A stretch of 64,000 bases of DNA from Bugula neritina (GCA_964035545.1 OZ037768.1:21435700-21499699), one strand, 5' to 3'; shown: positions 15,524 to 28,918, counted from the stretch's first letter. Notes: generated from the letters alone by a model not told the origin. Numbers and translations are program-made.

Positions 15524-18500
15524 CTAGTCGTGTTTAAGTATTTCGCCTTTCTCTCCCTTCCATCTTTCAGTTAGCTCAACTTTACAGCCCAAGTCTCTGA
15601 GGGCCGCCTTAGCCTCATCTCTACACTCGGGCACATACATGGCCCGATTCACTAGCTCTTCAGCTCCTAAGGCTAATATAGCATCACAGTTCTCTCTAGC
15701 TCTTGCTATGAGATTTCTAATAGCTAAGCAGGCTTGTTTCTGCAAGAAATAGTATGTAGTGGTGTTAGAAGGTGTCAGGATTTAGGGATAGTAAAGTAAT
15801 GTGTCCACTATAATATGAACATTAATTCTATTGCCTGTATTAAAATCATCAAGTATAACTAACATTGGAAAAAACTAGGCGTAGTTAACGGGAATTTTAT
15901 GCAATAAAAAAGATGACTCCTTGCATTTGTGCAAAAGTAAAAGTTGACAATATCATACTGCATTGTTTAAAAAAAATTAAATGAGTTTATAATATCACTG
16001 AAAGTGAATCAGTTGGTAAAATTTTAATTTCTCATTCCAAACGTGTCAAACTAAGTGACAACCTGCACTTTGGTGGAGCTGGGGTGAACTTTCATACACT
16101 GAAGTACAGCAGTGTGCCCGTGGCACTCCATAATACGCTTGACATTGTGAGGATTCCTGAGAGAAATGGTGGCCAGACAGGCACAGGAGTTGGCGCACAG
16201 AGCCTCGGACTGCTGGTGGTGGTCCATCGCCTCTACTATAATACCGGGAGCGTCTGACTTGGTCACCGCGACTTTGACATCGTCGTTACCGGCTATCACT
16301 TTCAGCACTCCGATTATATTTGTTACAATGACCTACAATGAAATGATTTTGTCCATCAAAACAGCACATCGATGAGTAAAGTTGAACCCACTACAATAAT
16401 TTAATATATATTGCTGAACAAAATATAATATGCATTACCATTTTACACTACAGAGATATTTTCATTGAGATTGTAGACTTAGAAATGAAAATCTTTTGTT
16501 TACAAATACAGCAATTCTTACAGCAGTGCAACTACATTTTTCTGTCAACATTATAATTTTGAGTCCCTTTCAACACAAATTAACAAATATTTCAAGTGTA
16601 GACATAATAATTTATCATAAAACAAAACAATTTACAACACTATTATATAACCTTTGTTTTCTTCACTTTATGTGATATTCGAGATATATATATTAGGAGT
16701 TATCTTATTCTTTGTGTGAATGTAACGCACAGCATTTAAGTCTTCCCATTATCGTAACCTATAGTAGTTATCTTCTCTCAACATAATACACGTATAGTGG
16801 GTACCTCATTCTGATTATTTTAACATATAGGAGTTATCTTATCTTATATAAACACAATGTAGAGAAGTTACCTTATTCTTCACATTATTATGAAGTACTC
16901 TCAGCATCAGATCCAAACCTCCCAAATCTACAATTCTCTGGCAGAACTCATTCCTCACTGCCAGTTTACCCAAAGTAGCAAATATTTCTGCCAATACGAC
17001 ATCGTCATCATAGCCTGCAAAACAGTTGAGTAAAATCTTAGGTGAATAAACCAAGTTTACTACAAGGTTTTCTTTTTAGCAAAAAACGCTTTGATTTGGA
17101 AATGAGTTTGGTGATAGCAGTAGAAGTAAAAAGCCAAAATGGTTTTGGTGCGTCATTAGTTTTATAATTAGAGATAAAAATGAAAGTTCATATTTTGTTT
17201 AACCTTTCTATAAAATTTTAAAAAAATATTTAAAAAATTGAAAATTGATGTGTTTTTAACTTTCAAGTACGTTTTCAAAACCTGTAAAAAGGTGATACTG
17301 TACTTTCTCTTTATCACTCACATGTAGCATTACATGTGATCTAATGCAGTTTTATCATAATACATTTACCCTACGATACAAATGTATACTACAGGATAAT
17401 GTAATTGGTTACATCACGACTACGAGTTCTCTAAAAATCTTATGCAAAAATCCTCTTCATATTAATCAACATAAATTGCTCACAAAGACACAATCCAATG
17501 CAACAAAAACTCCACAAATATTTCCACCATTCTTATAGCTGCTTTTAACATGAACAAAAACTCTACAAACATAGCTTATAGCCAGTTCTGTATTCTAAAA
17601 AGCTTACTCTTTGCTATGTCTAGAAGGAGTTCCAAAGCCTCAGCTTCCAGGACTATCATCTTAGCGTGATCATGAGCTTTACAGAACGGCACTCTCGGGT
17701 CATCGTCCAGAGTGAGAGATCTGAAGGCTTGGCACACTTCCTTGATGATGTCACAGTTGTCCTTGTGTGCCGTTAGAATACTGGCCAACTGTGGTACTAA
17801 CCCACTCGCTACAGAAACATCATCGCCTTTTTGTTAACCAACTACGCAAGTTTGCAGGTATAAATACTATTTGTAGGTATAATTACACTGCGGATGATAA
17901 ATCACTCTGTTGTGAAAAACGAAAAAACTTTGAACAGCGAGCATTGCAATGCACTATGATAGTTATAGAAGCTTCAAACTCCGAGACTTTTACATACATG
18001 AGGAGAATCCTTTTTTAAAGACTTCAAAAACAATCGTCAACTGCTTTTTTAAAACTCAGAGTTATTTAACAAGTATGAAAATCTCAAACACAAATTTGTA
18101 TAAGCCAAATTCATCTTATATTTGAAAATTACCTTGCTAACTCAAAAAACTTATACACATTATAAATAAATTATATTTGATTGTGAAATATAATATATAG
18201 AGTAGTTTTGAAAAAGTAGACCAGCTCACCTATGAATGTCTGTCTGTTCTCTTCGTGCATAACACAACTCAGTTTAATGAGTCTCACGGCATACAGACAG
18301 AGTAACGGTGATCCACTTTCACTGATCTCTAGAAACAGCTTCATAGCATCTGCTGTCACTAAATCAGGCTGTCCATTTATAAAAGATGACAAAGTTTGGA
18401 GTACAGTCACACCCAAGTCAGCGTTGCCGGTTGCTGACTTTGCACAATCTATTAGCGTAGCAAACAAAGGAGTTGATTTAGCAGCTAGCACTCTATGAGC

Positions 18501-19021
18501 CAAGCCTTTATCACATTCAGTTTGTGTTTTGTCTAGTAAAGTGTTTATAGCAGCTGTGTCCAAGTTCTCTTTGTCATGAGAACACAACTTCTCAGCAAAT
18601 CTTACAACAGGATGCCATGATGAACCATCGTCTGTTATTTCCAAGTCTGTGACTATATTATTCAACTCAATACCCTACAACCAAAATTCATGTTTGAAAA
18701 ATTCAACAAATACTAAGATTTATAAAATGCAGAAAACAGATATTACATCTAGTACAGGTTTTGTGTTTAATTAGTATGATTACATAACTTAATGATGAGG
18801 AAGATATCATTCTCAACCACAATGGTTACAAATTACAAAACTATAGCGCTATTGATGACAATGAGATTGAGTTATAACACTTGCTAGCAACGAACCTGAG
18901 CTTTGAATTGTTCAATAGCATCAGCTATAGCTTCTTGAGGTTCTAACTCAAGATCTTCAATATTCTCTCTCACAACTTCATCAAACGTACTTTGAATTAT
19001 TCTTTTACCAGGAAGACTCAT
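15524..19021 (-). CDS. ARMC6: Armadillo repeat-containing protein 6
   Basis: N-terminus [43 protein letters not shown]; motifs [64 protein letters not shown]. Exons ~19021-18896, 18674-18230, ~17806-17609, ~17014-16872, ~16332-16063, 15740-15524. Confidence 0.93.
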
Positions 19022-19289
19022 GTTTGAAGAAGGCAAACCTGATGTAAATATTTGGTTATATAACTATAAGCACGTGCTATACAAACAGAGTTAGATATAC
19101 ATAAATATTATACTGTAACTTACACTAACATTAACAGCAGCTGCAAGAGGTATTTATTTTGTTATACTTAGAATCAGGCAAACAGAATATTATAGTTATT
19201 CTTACTGCTATGTTATAATCATAGTACTTTAAATTATAGAATAAATTAATCATTATAATTAATATTTTTACTAATGTGACATTTATATT

Positions 19290-19860
19290 TTTCTCAATAC
19301 ACTTTTAGTTTTACTTTTAGCACTTAAATGTACGGTTATTGACAGCTTTAATTTTCAAATTGTGCGACATCATTTCTACTGTAGCTTCAAGTTGAGTTCA
19401 AGTCCATGCTTACTCTGACTCCTGGCCTCGTGCTGATATTTCAGTTAAAATCAAATTATTTTCAATTTGAACTATCATTTAGATTTAATAATAATACTAA
19501 CTTAGTAATACTAATGTCTAATAACTAATATTAATAAGTAATAATATTACATTTGGTTTTACTAATAGTAATAAAAATAGCAAATGCAATACTACTACTA
19601 GTACTAGTAGTAGTACTGATACTCTTAACTGATAGTAATACTAAATCTAATACTAATAGTAGGAGTATCAAGTACAACTAAATTTTAGAAGTTCAAATTA
19701 ACTTCAACAATAATGATTAATTCTAAAACTAAAAGTTTTACTCAAAGTAAAAGAAAAACTAAGACTAAGAGTAAGAGTAAAACTAAAGGTAAAACTAAAT
19801 GAAACAATTACAACTTACAAGACATAAAACTAAAGGCTAGAAAGATTCAATAAAAAAAAT
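19290..19860. repeat. Degenerate hexamer-periodic tract in the inferred ARMC6 5'UTR intron
   Basis: Examples: AAAACT AAGACT AAGAGT AAGAGT AAAACT AAAGGT AAAACT (~19755-19797); AATACT ACTACT AGTACT AGTAGT AGTACT GATACT. Confidence 0.7.
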
Positions 19861-20039
19861 AAAGAAAAATAAAATGGCTTCGAATTAGCAGTCGTCATTT
19901 CATCGTTTTATACAAAATACTAATAGTAACAACCTTACAGTTATAATGAATATGAAATTACTATAAATTAGTATTACAATTATTGATCGAAGAAATGAAA
20001 TTGAATGGAAGAAGAAAATGCCCAAACAGGAAAGAGCTG

Positions 20040-20130
20040 TTGCTATGACCAATAGCATAGGGCTAAGCTGCTATCAACCAATAATAGTACGACTCCGCGT
20101 GAGATTGAAGTGGTGGCGGGAATTTGGGTG
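20040..20130. promoter_or_regulatory. Putative bidirectional ARMC6/ESCO2 promoter with two CCAAT boxes and an E2F site
   Basis: CCAAT at 20049-20053 and 20078-20082; TGGCGGGAA at 20114-20122. This is a locally GC-richer island between divergent genes. Likely non-coding first exons end at donors ~20278 (+) and ~19938 (-). Confidence 0.6.
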
Positions 20131-20299
20131 CAACGACAAGACTACCTAGACTTCCGAACAGACACTGAGTGTGTGAGGCTGAGTATCAATTTCTTTTATG
20201 GTCACTACGTCACAGCACTCAACAGTGATTAGTGTAAATATTTTTCTAATCTTAATGTTTTAAAACTGTTCACACAGGTACACATAGTCATATTTATAC

Positions 20300-20900
20300 T
20301 GATAGTGTTGTACTCTGTCAGCTCAATATTCATATTCATATTGAATTTGATATTAACTTTAAGTTTCACGTTGACTTTCTGCTTTCAGTTTCAGTACCAA
20401 GGCCAAACTGAAACGTTAAAATTAAATCATTCATTTTTTAATCAATAGAATTAAATGACACGCTTTTAGTGTCAGTTTGACTCACATTCACTCGACCTCG
20501 TGCTGGTAGGCTTTGAGTTTGTCTTGTTTCAGTTTGAGTTTAACTGTTTAAGTCACATTCACTGTGAGACTGAGTGTGACAGTGACTGTCTAATTGTAAT
20601 TCGGGATCATCGTTCAGAGCCAGTCTCGCTGCGACTGTCACTATGACTATAAGTATAACCATCAGTAGGACTTAGATTCTTAGAATATTATTATCATATT
20701 ATAATTATGATAACCAATATGAATATGAATATGAATCGAAATATCAATTATGATTATGCCTTATGGTTATCATTAAATTTGATATTTTTAAAATAGTAAT
20801 ATTAATCAGCATGAGCATGGCATTAACTATAACTCAATAAGTGTAACAATAAAATAAAAATTAAATAGTATTTTCGCACTCATAGTGATAGTCATAATGA
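20300..20900. repeat. Degenerate hexamer-periodic tract in the inferred ESCO2 5'UTR intron
   Basis: Examples: ATATTC ATATTC ATATTG AATTTG ATATTA ACTTTA AGTTTC ACGTTG ACTTTC; ACTATG ACTATA AGTATA; AATATG x3. Confidence 0.7.
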
Positions 20901-21001
20901 TAGCTGAAAAAGAATTTGTCAATTTCTTTACGCTGATCTTATGCTTTGGTTTTGGCAACAATTATTAAAGCTAAAATTTTAATTTTTGTTGCAGGTGAAA
21001 G

Positions 21002-24000
21002 ATGTTGCCAATTGAACAATCTCCCTCAAAGCAGGCAGTTATACGCAGTCAAAGGTTATTAGATTGGGTAGAAAAGTCTAGTTTGGGTCTTCCACCCTCC
21101 ATTACCTCTGACAGTATTTCTAGTCCGCATAAAAAGCGATCTCGTAAAAGAAAAACTGTTCAAGATGAAAATAAAAACATTGACTTGACACCAGAATCGA
21201 AGAAACTGCGTCAAACTTATAGCAGATCAGAACCATTGTCTCCCTCAAAGTTTTACGTGCCCACAGGAAACAATGTTAAAAATAGCAAGGTTTGTTTTAT
21301 ACGAGCTACTAGCTTATACGTCATGGTGTGTTGCTCGAATGTCATGTAGCTAACAGAATTTTCGCATATAGTTTTTGAAGCAAGAAAGCTTTTAAAGAAA
21401 GCAACTCTGTTTCTTGCTTAGTAGAATTTTAGTTTTCTCGAAACTAGTTACCTCTGTTACCTCTGCCTAGTTCTTAAGTCGGTTTTTCTCAGATTCAGAA
21501 ATGCGCATTTAATGGTATGTAAAGTCATTGAATGGTATAAGTCATTGAATAGTATGAGTCATTACATGGTATGGCTCATTTTATTCAGGCATTTATTTTA
21601 CCGTCGACTCCGGAATCAAAGCGAAGCACTTCTTCTGGTTGCTTCTCACCAGATAAACTGGAAGGCGTGTTTGTCAGGAAGCGAGCTTCTTCGTGTCAAC
21701 AGAAGACGCTCTCGGACTCTGATTCGCCTCCTTCAACGCCTTCAGTGAAGACATCCAATTCTCTGAAGCTGCCCTGTAGCCTTGACTCTCCCGGTAGGGT
21801 GGTGTTATATTTGTGTCTACTTTGGAGGTAGTTTCATATTTGAACTATCTCACCGAGTGTGCAAAATTGTTTAGACTAAAATTTCTTTCATGGATGGCAA
21901 AAACTCAAACTCCTAATTTCAGTCCTTTTATTGGCGATACATCTATCATAACTGGTAATAATGGCAACACCTCTAATTTATGTCGGTTCAGTAGTCAACA
22001 GTTTAATGGACTAGTTTAGAAGGCTAGATTAGTTCCTGCTCCTGGTCTGTATGTTACTGATTACCTCATAATTGACTCACCACAGGCTTCGTGTCTCATT
22101 TGTGATGCATTTCGTGGTTTTTTGACTTCAACAAATTTTAAGGAATGAAATTTGAAAAAAGGAAAAGCTCATACCCACCAGTTCTGCACCTTCCATTTAT
22201 TTACTTCACTTTCTGTTCTGATCAAAGGTTGGCTGCTGGAGGTAACTTTGACTAAACGTGAAACTGAGCCCGTCTATGTAATATTAAAGCAGATTTCAGT
22301 TGCTGCAAAGTTTCTATTGCCATGTGTATGTTGAATCTATGGTCATATAATTGTAAAAGTTGAAAAAATGTGACGAAAAATGGTATTGTAAAAAAGAATA
22401 ATTGTCAACTTGACAGTCACAGAGCCGACGCGTACACCAAGTACTGGTGGGAAGAAGTTCTCTAAACTTGGCCACAGACTGCAGAGTAAAACCGCTTTGC
22501 AAGTTATTAAGGAATCTATCAAAAAGAGCACGAGACAAGTCAGGTCACAGAAAGGCTCAGGTGTGTTGGCAAACTGAACCCCCTTAGTGTTGTGATATAC
22601 CTTTAGTTTGTTTTAATACCTGGTTTAGCCTCTCATCTCCACATTTTGTTGTGTGTGTAAAGTAACAGTCCAAGTTGCCATGTTGCTTGGTTAATTATTA
22701 ATGTAATGATACAGTTGCTAAGCGATGAAGTAGATTCTCTAGTGTTAATAGAAAGAATACAATATTATATTGAAGCCTCTTTTGTGTTCATCTGTTCAAT
22801 TTGTAGAAAACTTGCTAGTCATGTTTCAATTTCCTAGTACGTGTTTAGAATATAAGTCTAGCTCAGCCAATTATGTGTTTTGTAAATATTTGAGACAATT
22901 CTGGTTAAGATAATTTCTTTTAAAATTTTGTTTGCATTCATTCAACTTCGTTTTTTACTCGACCCCCAGACAATTTTCTAGTTCAACCACTAGTAGGGTA
23001 GTCTTTCTGATACAGTTGAATTGTGCAGGTAAGAGACACGAGGCGGTAAAGCCGAAGATATGTAGAAGTAGTGTAGAAGGCAGCACTACAGACACAGAGA
23101 TGAACGTCAGCGCCTCGTCTCTACCCAGCAACAGCCACTCTCCCTCTCTTAGTCTCGTCAGCAAACCTAATCATATCAATAAATGTACTGTTGATAATAA
23201 CTCTAACATAAACCCTTATATCGATACGCGTAATCAGAGACCTGGTAGTGCTGATAGGTGTAATGCAGTGATATCAGATGATATTGACAAATCCAACAAC
23301 ACGCTTGTTGAAGAAAAAAGGTGGGTTTCACTTTAGAGTTGTTGGCATAGCATGCTGCTTCATATTTATCAGTACGGCTCACAGTGCAAACTAATTTGAC
23401 TATAGTATATGTAGTTAGTAGTATCACGAAGTAGCAGGTAATGTAACAGTAATACAGAATAGTAATTGGTAATGTTTTCTGGAAATTCATAATATAAGTC
23501 GTGTTAATGTGAAACTGGATTATCCTAATTTACAGCCTAAACTTAGTTTCTAACTTTTAACTTATTAACATATTTTTGCTGCTAAGGAAAGGCCGATTGC
23601 TGACTCAGCTATATTCCACACTTTCTCGTCTCAACATGGTGTGTGCTCTGCATATGTAAAACTTATCATTTTGATTAGGAAACCAATTTATTATCTATGA
23701 ATGTGTTCTTATCTATTTACACTCGCTCTAAGTAAGAAAAAGTCTGTATGAAGTTTTTGCAATGGCCATGCTGAATTGCTGAGAGATTTTAGAGTTATCA
23801 TCTCATTGTTTATGGTGTCTGAATTCATTCTATTTATATTCCTAGGCTTGTCCAGAAAAAGCTGCTGCCATTATTTCAGAGGAATGCTGTCAGCAAAGAT
23901 AAAACTCAGAAGGAGCAGTTGGTTATTGTGAGTTACTAAGTTTGTTCATACTGTTTATTTATAACCTGTATTATGAAATTGAAAAAGCAGAATTTGTTCC

Positions 24001-26392
24001 TGATTTTTATCATCACAACTGAGATTAAAAATTCATCTTTAGCTATCAACAGTTATGGTTGTGCATTATCTTTTCTGTTGCATATATAACCATTTGATTT
24101 TTATACAACTCACCTTTTTGTAATGGAGATTGTCTTCTTACTGCAAGTCCTTAGTTCACCTTAGTTTGGAGTTGTCTCTTCCTTCTGTAAGCACAAAGGT
24201 ATGATAACTTCTACATGCTGATACAGGATGCCGGCCAGAAGAACCTCGACGAGGCCCACCAGTGCTCCGTGTGTCGGATGATCTACTCGAGAGGAAATGC
24301 CGATGACGAAGCTGTGCACAGGCAGTTCCATTCCAGTCTTCTTCAGGCTCTGAAATTCTCCGTTAGTTTATAAATTTCCCATTTCATTTTTGTCTTTATC
24401 TCTATATTCATCTGATCGCCATATCATTGTACGATTTATGTTGTATATATGACTAAATATGGCATTGCCTTTGTAATAAATATGAACATCTGATATGTAA
24501 CGAGGCTTTATTCATTATTACATCATAGCTGCTTCTATTCAAGTGTGTTGTATATTCTGTTTGGAAGGGCTGGAAGAAAGAGCACGTTGCAGAGAAAGGA
24601 GACACCTTCCGGGTGGTGTATATAGACTACAACGACCCCCCGCATTGCCGCAAGAAGGTGAGGCATAATAGCGTAGCTGAACTAGTAGAACTGATGCTAA
24701 GATGCACTCTCTGATGCGGGAGGTGGTTATAACACTGCCAGTTTGTAGTTTCTTTCTCTGACATTTTATGCTCTCAAAGAGAGGTTTACACATGATTTTT
24801 CAAATAACAAATTTCGCTGTGTGTGTAGTCTGATAAAGTATAGGTTACACACACAAACACAGTATATTGATTTACTAGTTGTTTACCTGCAGGTGGAGGC
24901 TTTGAAGGTGATACTCGATCAGGAACTCGGTTATGTTCAGGAACAGGAAATACTTAAACCAAACAGACGGGTAAGTGGTTCACTTTTGACCTTTCACCCT
25001 GTGATTGGTCCACATTATAGTTTGTGTGAAGTGATTTGCTCTTTTTCAGCCAATAATAATTACGATTTGATGACTAGCGATATAGGCATTGCGTGATCAT
25101 GTATACTCTGTAAAAACCATTTTCTGTACCAACTTATACTCTACATAAAAACTCGCGTGGGTTTATAGTCACTATCCCTGTGAGAACCCCTGGTGGAAAT
25201 GTGTTTTTTAAAGTGCGCTAAGGACTTTTCCGTATGTAACACAGGAGCAATTATGATTGGATGCTCTTCCTAATATCACCAATGGCTTTTGTTAAGGTTC
25301 GAACTCATGACTTTGTGTTTACTAAGTCAGTGCTCTAACCTCTAGAGTCTAGACAAATTTATGTTTTACATAAAGCTTTATAAACAAATAGTTAACTTGA
25401 CAGAAAACATAGGTCCACTAGTTCTGCTAAGTTTCAGTCATACGATTTGAATTCCATTATCACGGTTTGCCCAACTGATACGAGCATTCAATGACCCGCC
25501 TCTTCCTGTAGGTGTATCTGTACGTGAGCGAGGAGAAGCAGATCCGTGGAGTCTGCATAGCCGAGTACATTAGTCGAGCTAACAGACTGGAGGGAGACAA
25601 GGCGAGTGTGGACTCTGTGAGAGCTCAACTGGGTATCAACAGACTCTGGGTGTACGCTAAATACAGGAGACAGGGGGTAGCTACGACCCTGCTCAATGCC
25701 ATACGGTCAGTGGATTATCTCCCCGATGTTATTACAGATATGGGAATGTTATGGGTGCTATGCTAACGAAAATCACTTGAAACAGCACTGAGTTTGAGGT
25801 GACTGAGTGCAGTTGTTGGAGGTTCTTGAGTTTGAAGTTGGGACAACAGTTTAAATACAAATACTTGTACTCAGTTACCTCCAACTCGGTGCTGCTTATA
25901 GTGATATTCTAAGTGAACTGGCAGAGGAATACTGTTAGCTCTTTGCATAATCAACCATTATATTTATATTGTTGAAAAGGCATCTTAACTACTCTCACAT
26001 GCTTAGTATAGCTTATATCTGCTATACAAGTTTCAGTTACAATTTGCCCTATTAGAATGACAACTCCTACTAGCATGGTTTCGACTAACGAAGTTTTCTG
26101 ACTTTTATGGAAGAGAACACCTTTAAAAAAGATTTTTGTTGCAAGTAAAATATTTTACGCTTATAACTGTTGCAAAAGAAATATATATATCTAGGTTTGA
26201 CTCAATAGTTTCTTGCGTGTGAAGATGGGCGTGTGGTGTTACTATTTTATGGCCTTGTATTTCAGGGCAACCTTTGGAATGGGAGTATGTATCGGCAGCA
26301 GTGACATGGCCTTCTCAGACCCAACTAGTCATGGCAAACAGTTTGCTGCCAGATATACCGGTACTTCCAGCTTCCTCATCTACAAGCCTTAG
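21002..26392 (+). CDS. ESCO2: Cohesin acetyltransferase ESCO2/Eco1-like
   Basis: Exons ~21002-21289, 21589-21792, 22416-22560, 23029-23320, 23846-23927, 24227-24361, 24569-24657, 24893-24970, 25512-25705, 26266-26392. PIP-like QLVI|DAGQK, zinc finger CSVCRMIY...DEAVHRQFH, GWKKE, LGINRLWV...RRQGVATTLL, AFSDPTSHGKQFA; long disordered N-terminus. Confidence 0.92.
25150..25347 (-). mobile_element. Degenerate tRNA-derived SINE in an ESCO2 intron (second family)
   Basis: Reverse complement: GGTTAGAGCACTGAC...GAGTTCGAACC (A/B box-like head) followed by body CCATTGGTGATATTAGGAAGAGCATCCAATCATAATTGCTCCTGTG. Confidence 0.55.
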
Positions 26393-27750
26393 AACTCTAA
26401 AGTTCTTAGGGAATCTGCCTCCCCCCCCCCCCTCCGCAATGGAGAAATATAGTTTATAGTAACTTATGCTATTTTATCAAATTAAGCTCAGTTTATGTCA
26501 CAAGTTTTTACCATAAATTAATTACATTATATACATAGTTATTATAGTGAATAATGCTTTTTAATCTTTTATCTATGCTTCTTTTGTAATGTTTTATTGT
26601 ACTGTTGAAAGAATATTGAATTTTGTTTTGTTATATCACAAATGCTTATTTAGATTGTAAATATACATGTTTTGTATTTTTGTTGATATCTTTGGAAAAA
26701 ATATTGATATGAAATTCAAATATTGATAGAAAAATGAAATAAGAATTTTATTGGTTCTAGTAAGCTGGAAATATTATAATTGAAATATTTCAGCTAGTGA
26801 AAATGGTTGTAAATATAATGTTCTTCTGTTGAAAACACCATACTTTTTCTATTTATTTGACTTAACCTGGCTATCTCATTTCATCAGTATTGAAACCTAG
26901 CATGTCTGTAATTGTAAAATAATGCGGTAGTTCACATTCCCTGAACAAGTGAAGTTTCTTGTCATAGCACATACCTCTGCAAGGTATCCATTCAAAGACA
27001 TCAAGTAGCAGGATTGATAAACACCTTCATTAAGTTGATGAGTATAGTTTGAAGTTGTCTACTTCTACCTATCAACTTATCCTAACTTGAATTACATATT
27101 GTCACACAGAAATACATAGTTACCTCCCATGTGTTGCAAGATATTTGAATAAACGCAATAAAGCCAATCTTTCTATATAAAAGCGTTCAAGAATTGTCAC
27201 TACCTAAAAGTTGAAGTGGACATTAGTTTGTGAGTAGTTGTAAATTTTACCAGAAAAATTTGAAGATGTCCTTCACAATCTATTGAAAAATTGCAACGAA
27301 CATTTCTGACTTTTAGACTCAAACAAGACATTATAGCATTTGATTAAGATTCCTGTAATACTTTTAAACTTAAACATGATGATGTAAAAATTTGAAAGAA
27401 AATTTTATAAATCTATAGCAATTTATATATGTAGTCACGGTCAGCCAAGGTACAACACTTGACTTCTTAAAATATTGTTTACGTTTAAACACGGCGTGTT
27501 TTCGCAGGTGCATACGTGTTGTCAATACCTCCAATATTTGTCGATCGTGGCTGTCAGATTGTTCCCAGCATGCTGACACAAGTAATCCCCTTGAATAAAG
27601 CAAAAAGTTCATAGCCGTGTCTCCCATTTCTATTTGCTTTATTGTGCAAACATGTCTAAAACAATGAAAACTAACTAATCTATTAGAACACTGTTAGATG
27701 TTGTTGAATTTCACTGGCACAAACATCCAATTGCTAATCTATTTGAAGTC

Positions 27751-28918
27751 ATGGCAAGCACCAAGCAGCACCTGCAAGGAAAGTCTACACCCTCATGTAC
27801 ATGCGATACAGCAAAATATGACAACAGTGGTAGTCAAAAAGTGAGAAAGAAAGGCTGTATTGTGGTGAGGTCAATTTCTTCATTTTAAAAGTATTATATC
27901 TATTGCCCATATTCCAATGAGGTAGTTATTTTTAGATATTCTTTCCTTTAAATATGAATATAAGTTATTGTTATATTATCGTGAATTTGTATTATTATTA
28001 CTACACCGTATGAATATAATTATATTGTTAATATATATCCTAAATATAAATTACTATTGTATTAGAATGAAAATATAATTACTTGATGCTCTACCTTGCT
28101 AGAACACTAACTTTGGATCAAATTTAGCACAAAGACTTCTGAAAAAAAGCCGAAATAAATAAATCAGCTTGTTTTGCACAAGTTTCTTGGTCAATTCAAG
28201 AGGGTTTGACACTAATTTAAATATATAGAGTGTAAATCCTTCTTAAATGAATACATGTTGAAAGGACTGCAATCCATTCAACACGTATATTCCTTCAAAA
28301 ATGACATTCCCTCTATATATACTTAGAATGAGTTACATCTCAGCCTATCGTGTCTTCCTGTTGCAGACACAGAAAAATATACGAATTGTAACCAACGACG
28401 AGATCACCAGAGCGATGTTTCTAGAGAAAGTAAAAACAGACGCCATGTTTGGCCATGGCAAACCAAGACTGCGAGTTTCCGCATCTGCTTTACCATCGAC
28501 CTCTAAGAACTTTGATGTCATGAAACTAATCAGAGAGACTTTAGAGGATTTGTCGTACAATCACCCCATACTTAATAAGAGAAGAGTTGTGAGAAGAAGT
28601 TTACGTTGTGTTACCGACTCGTGGGCAGACGTTGAGGTGACCGATGACTCACACTCTTCAGTTGCTGAGTCAACAACTGATGAAGTTCATCAGGAGCCTA
28701 TAGAGTTGACTGAAAGCATAGTAGAAGAACAAATACAGCATCAATCGCAAGGGGACGTTCATGGTAAAGCCATCATTCTACCAGCTATATACAGTCACCA
28801 AGGCTATAAACCCTTCATAAGGAATTACCATCAGAATAATCAACAATCTGCTAAACTTGACATAAAAGAGGCAGGGAAATATTTGTACATTAGAAACAGA
28901 TTACATCATAGTAGATAA
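27751..28918 (+). CDS. Uncharacterised two-exon protein (~221 aa)
   Basis: Exon 27751-27864 (MASTKQH...KKGCIV, donor GTGAGG) splices in phase 0 to the acceptor TTGCAG|28367 within the 205-aa ORF. No family recognised. Confidence 0.6.

Noticed and set aside
23587-23638. Possible extra ESCO2 exon
   Set aside because: The flanking exons (23320->23846) already join in frame; inclusion would break phase.
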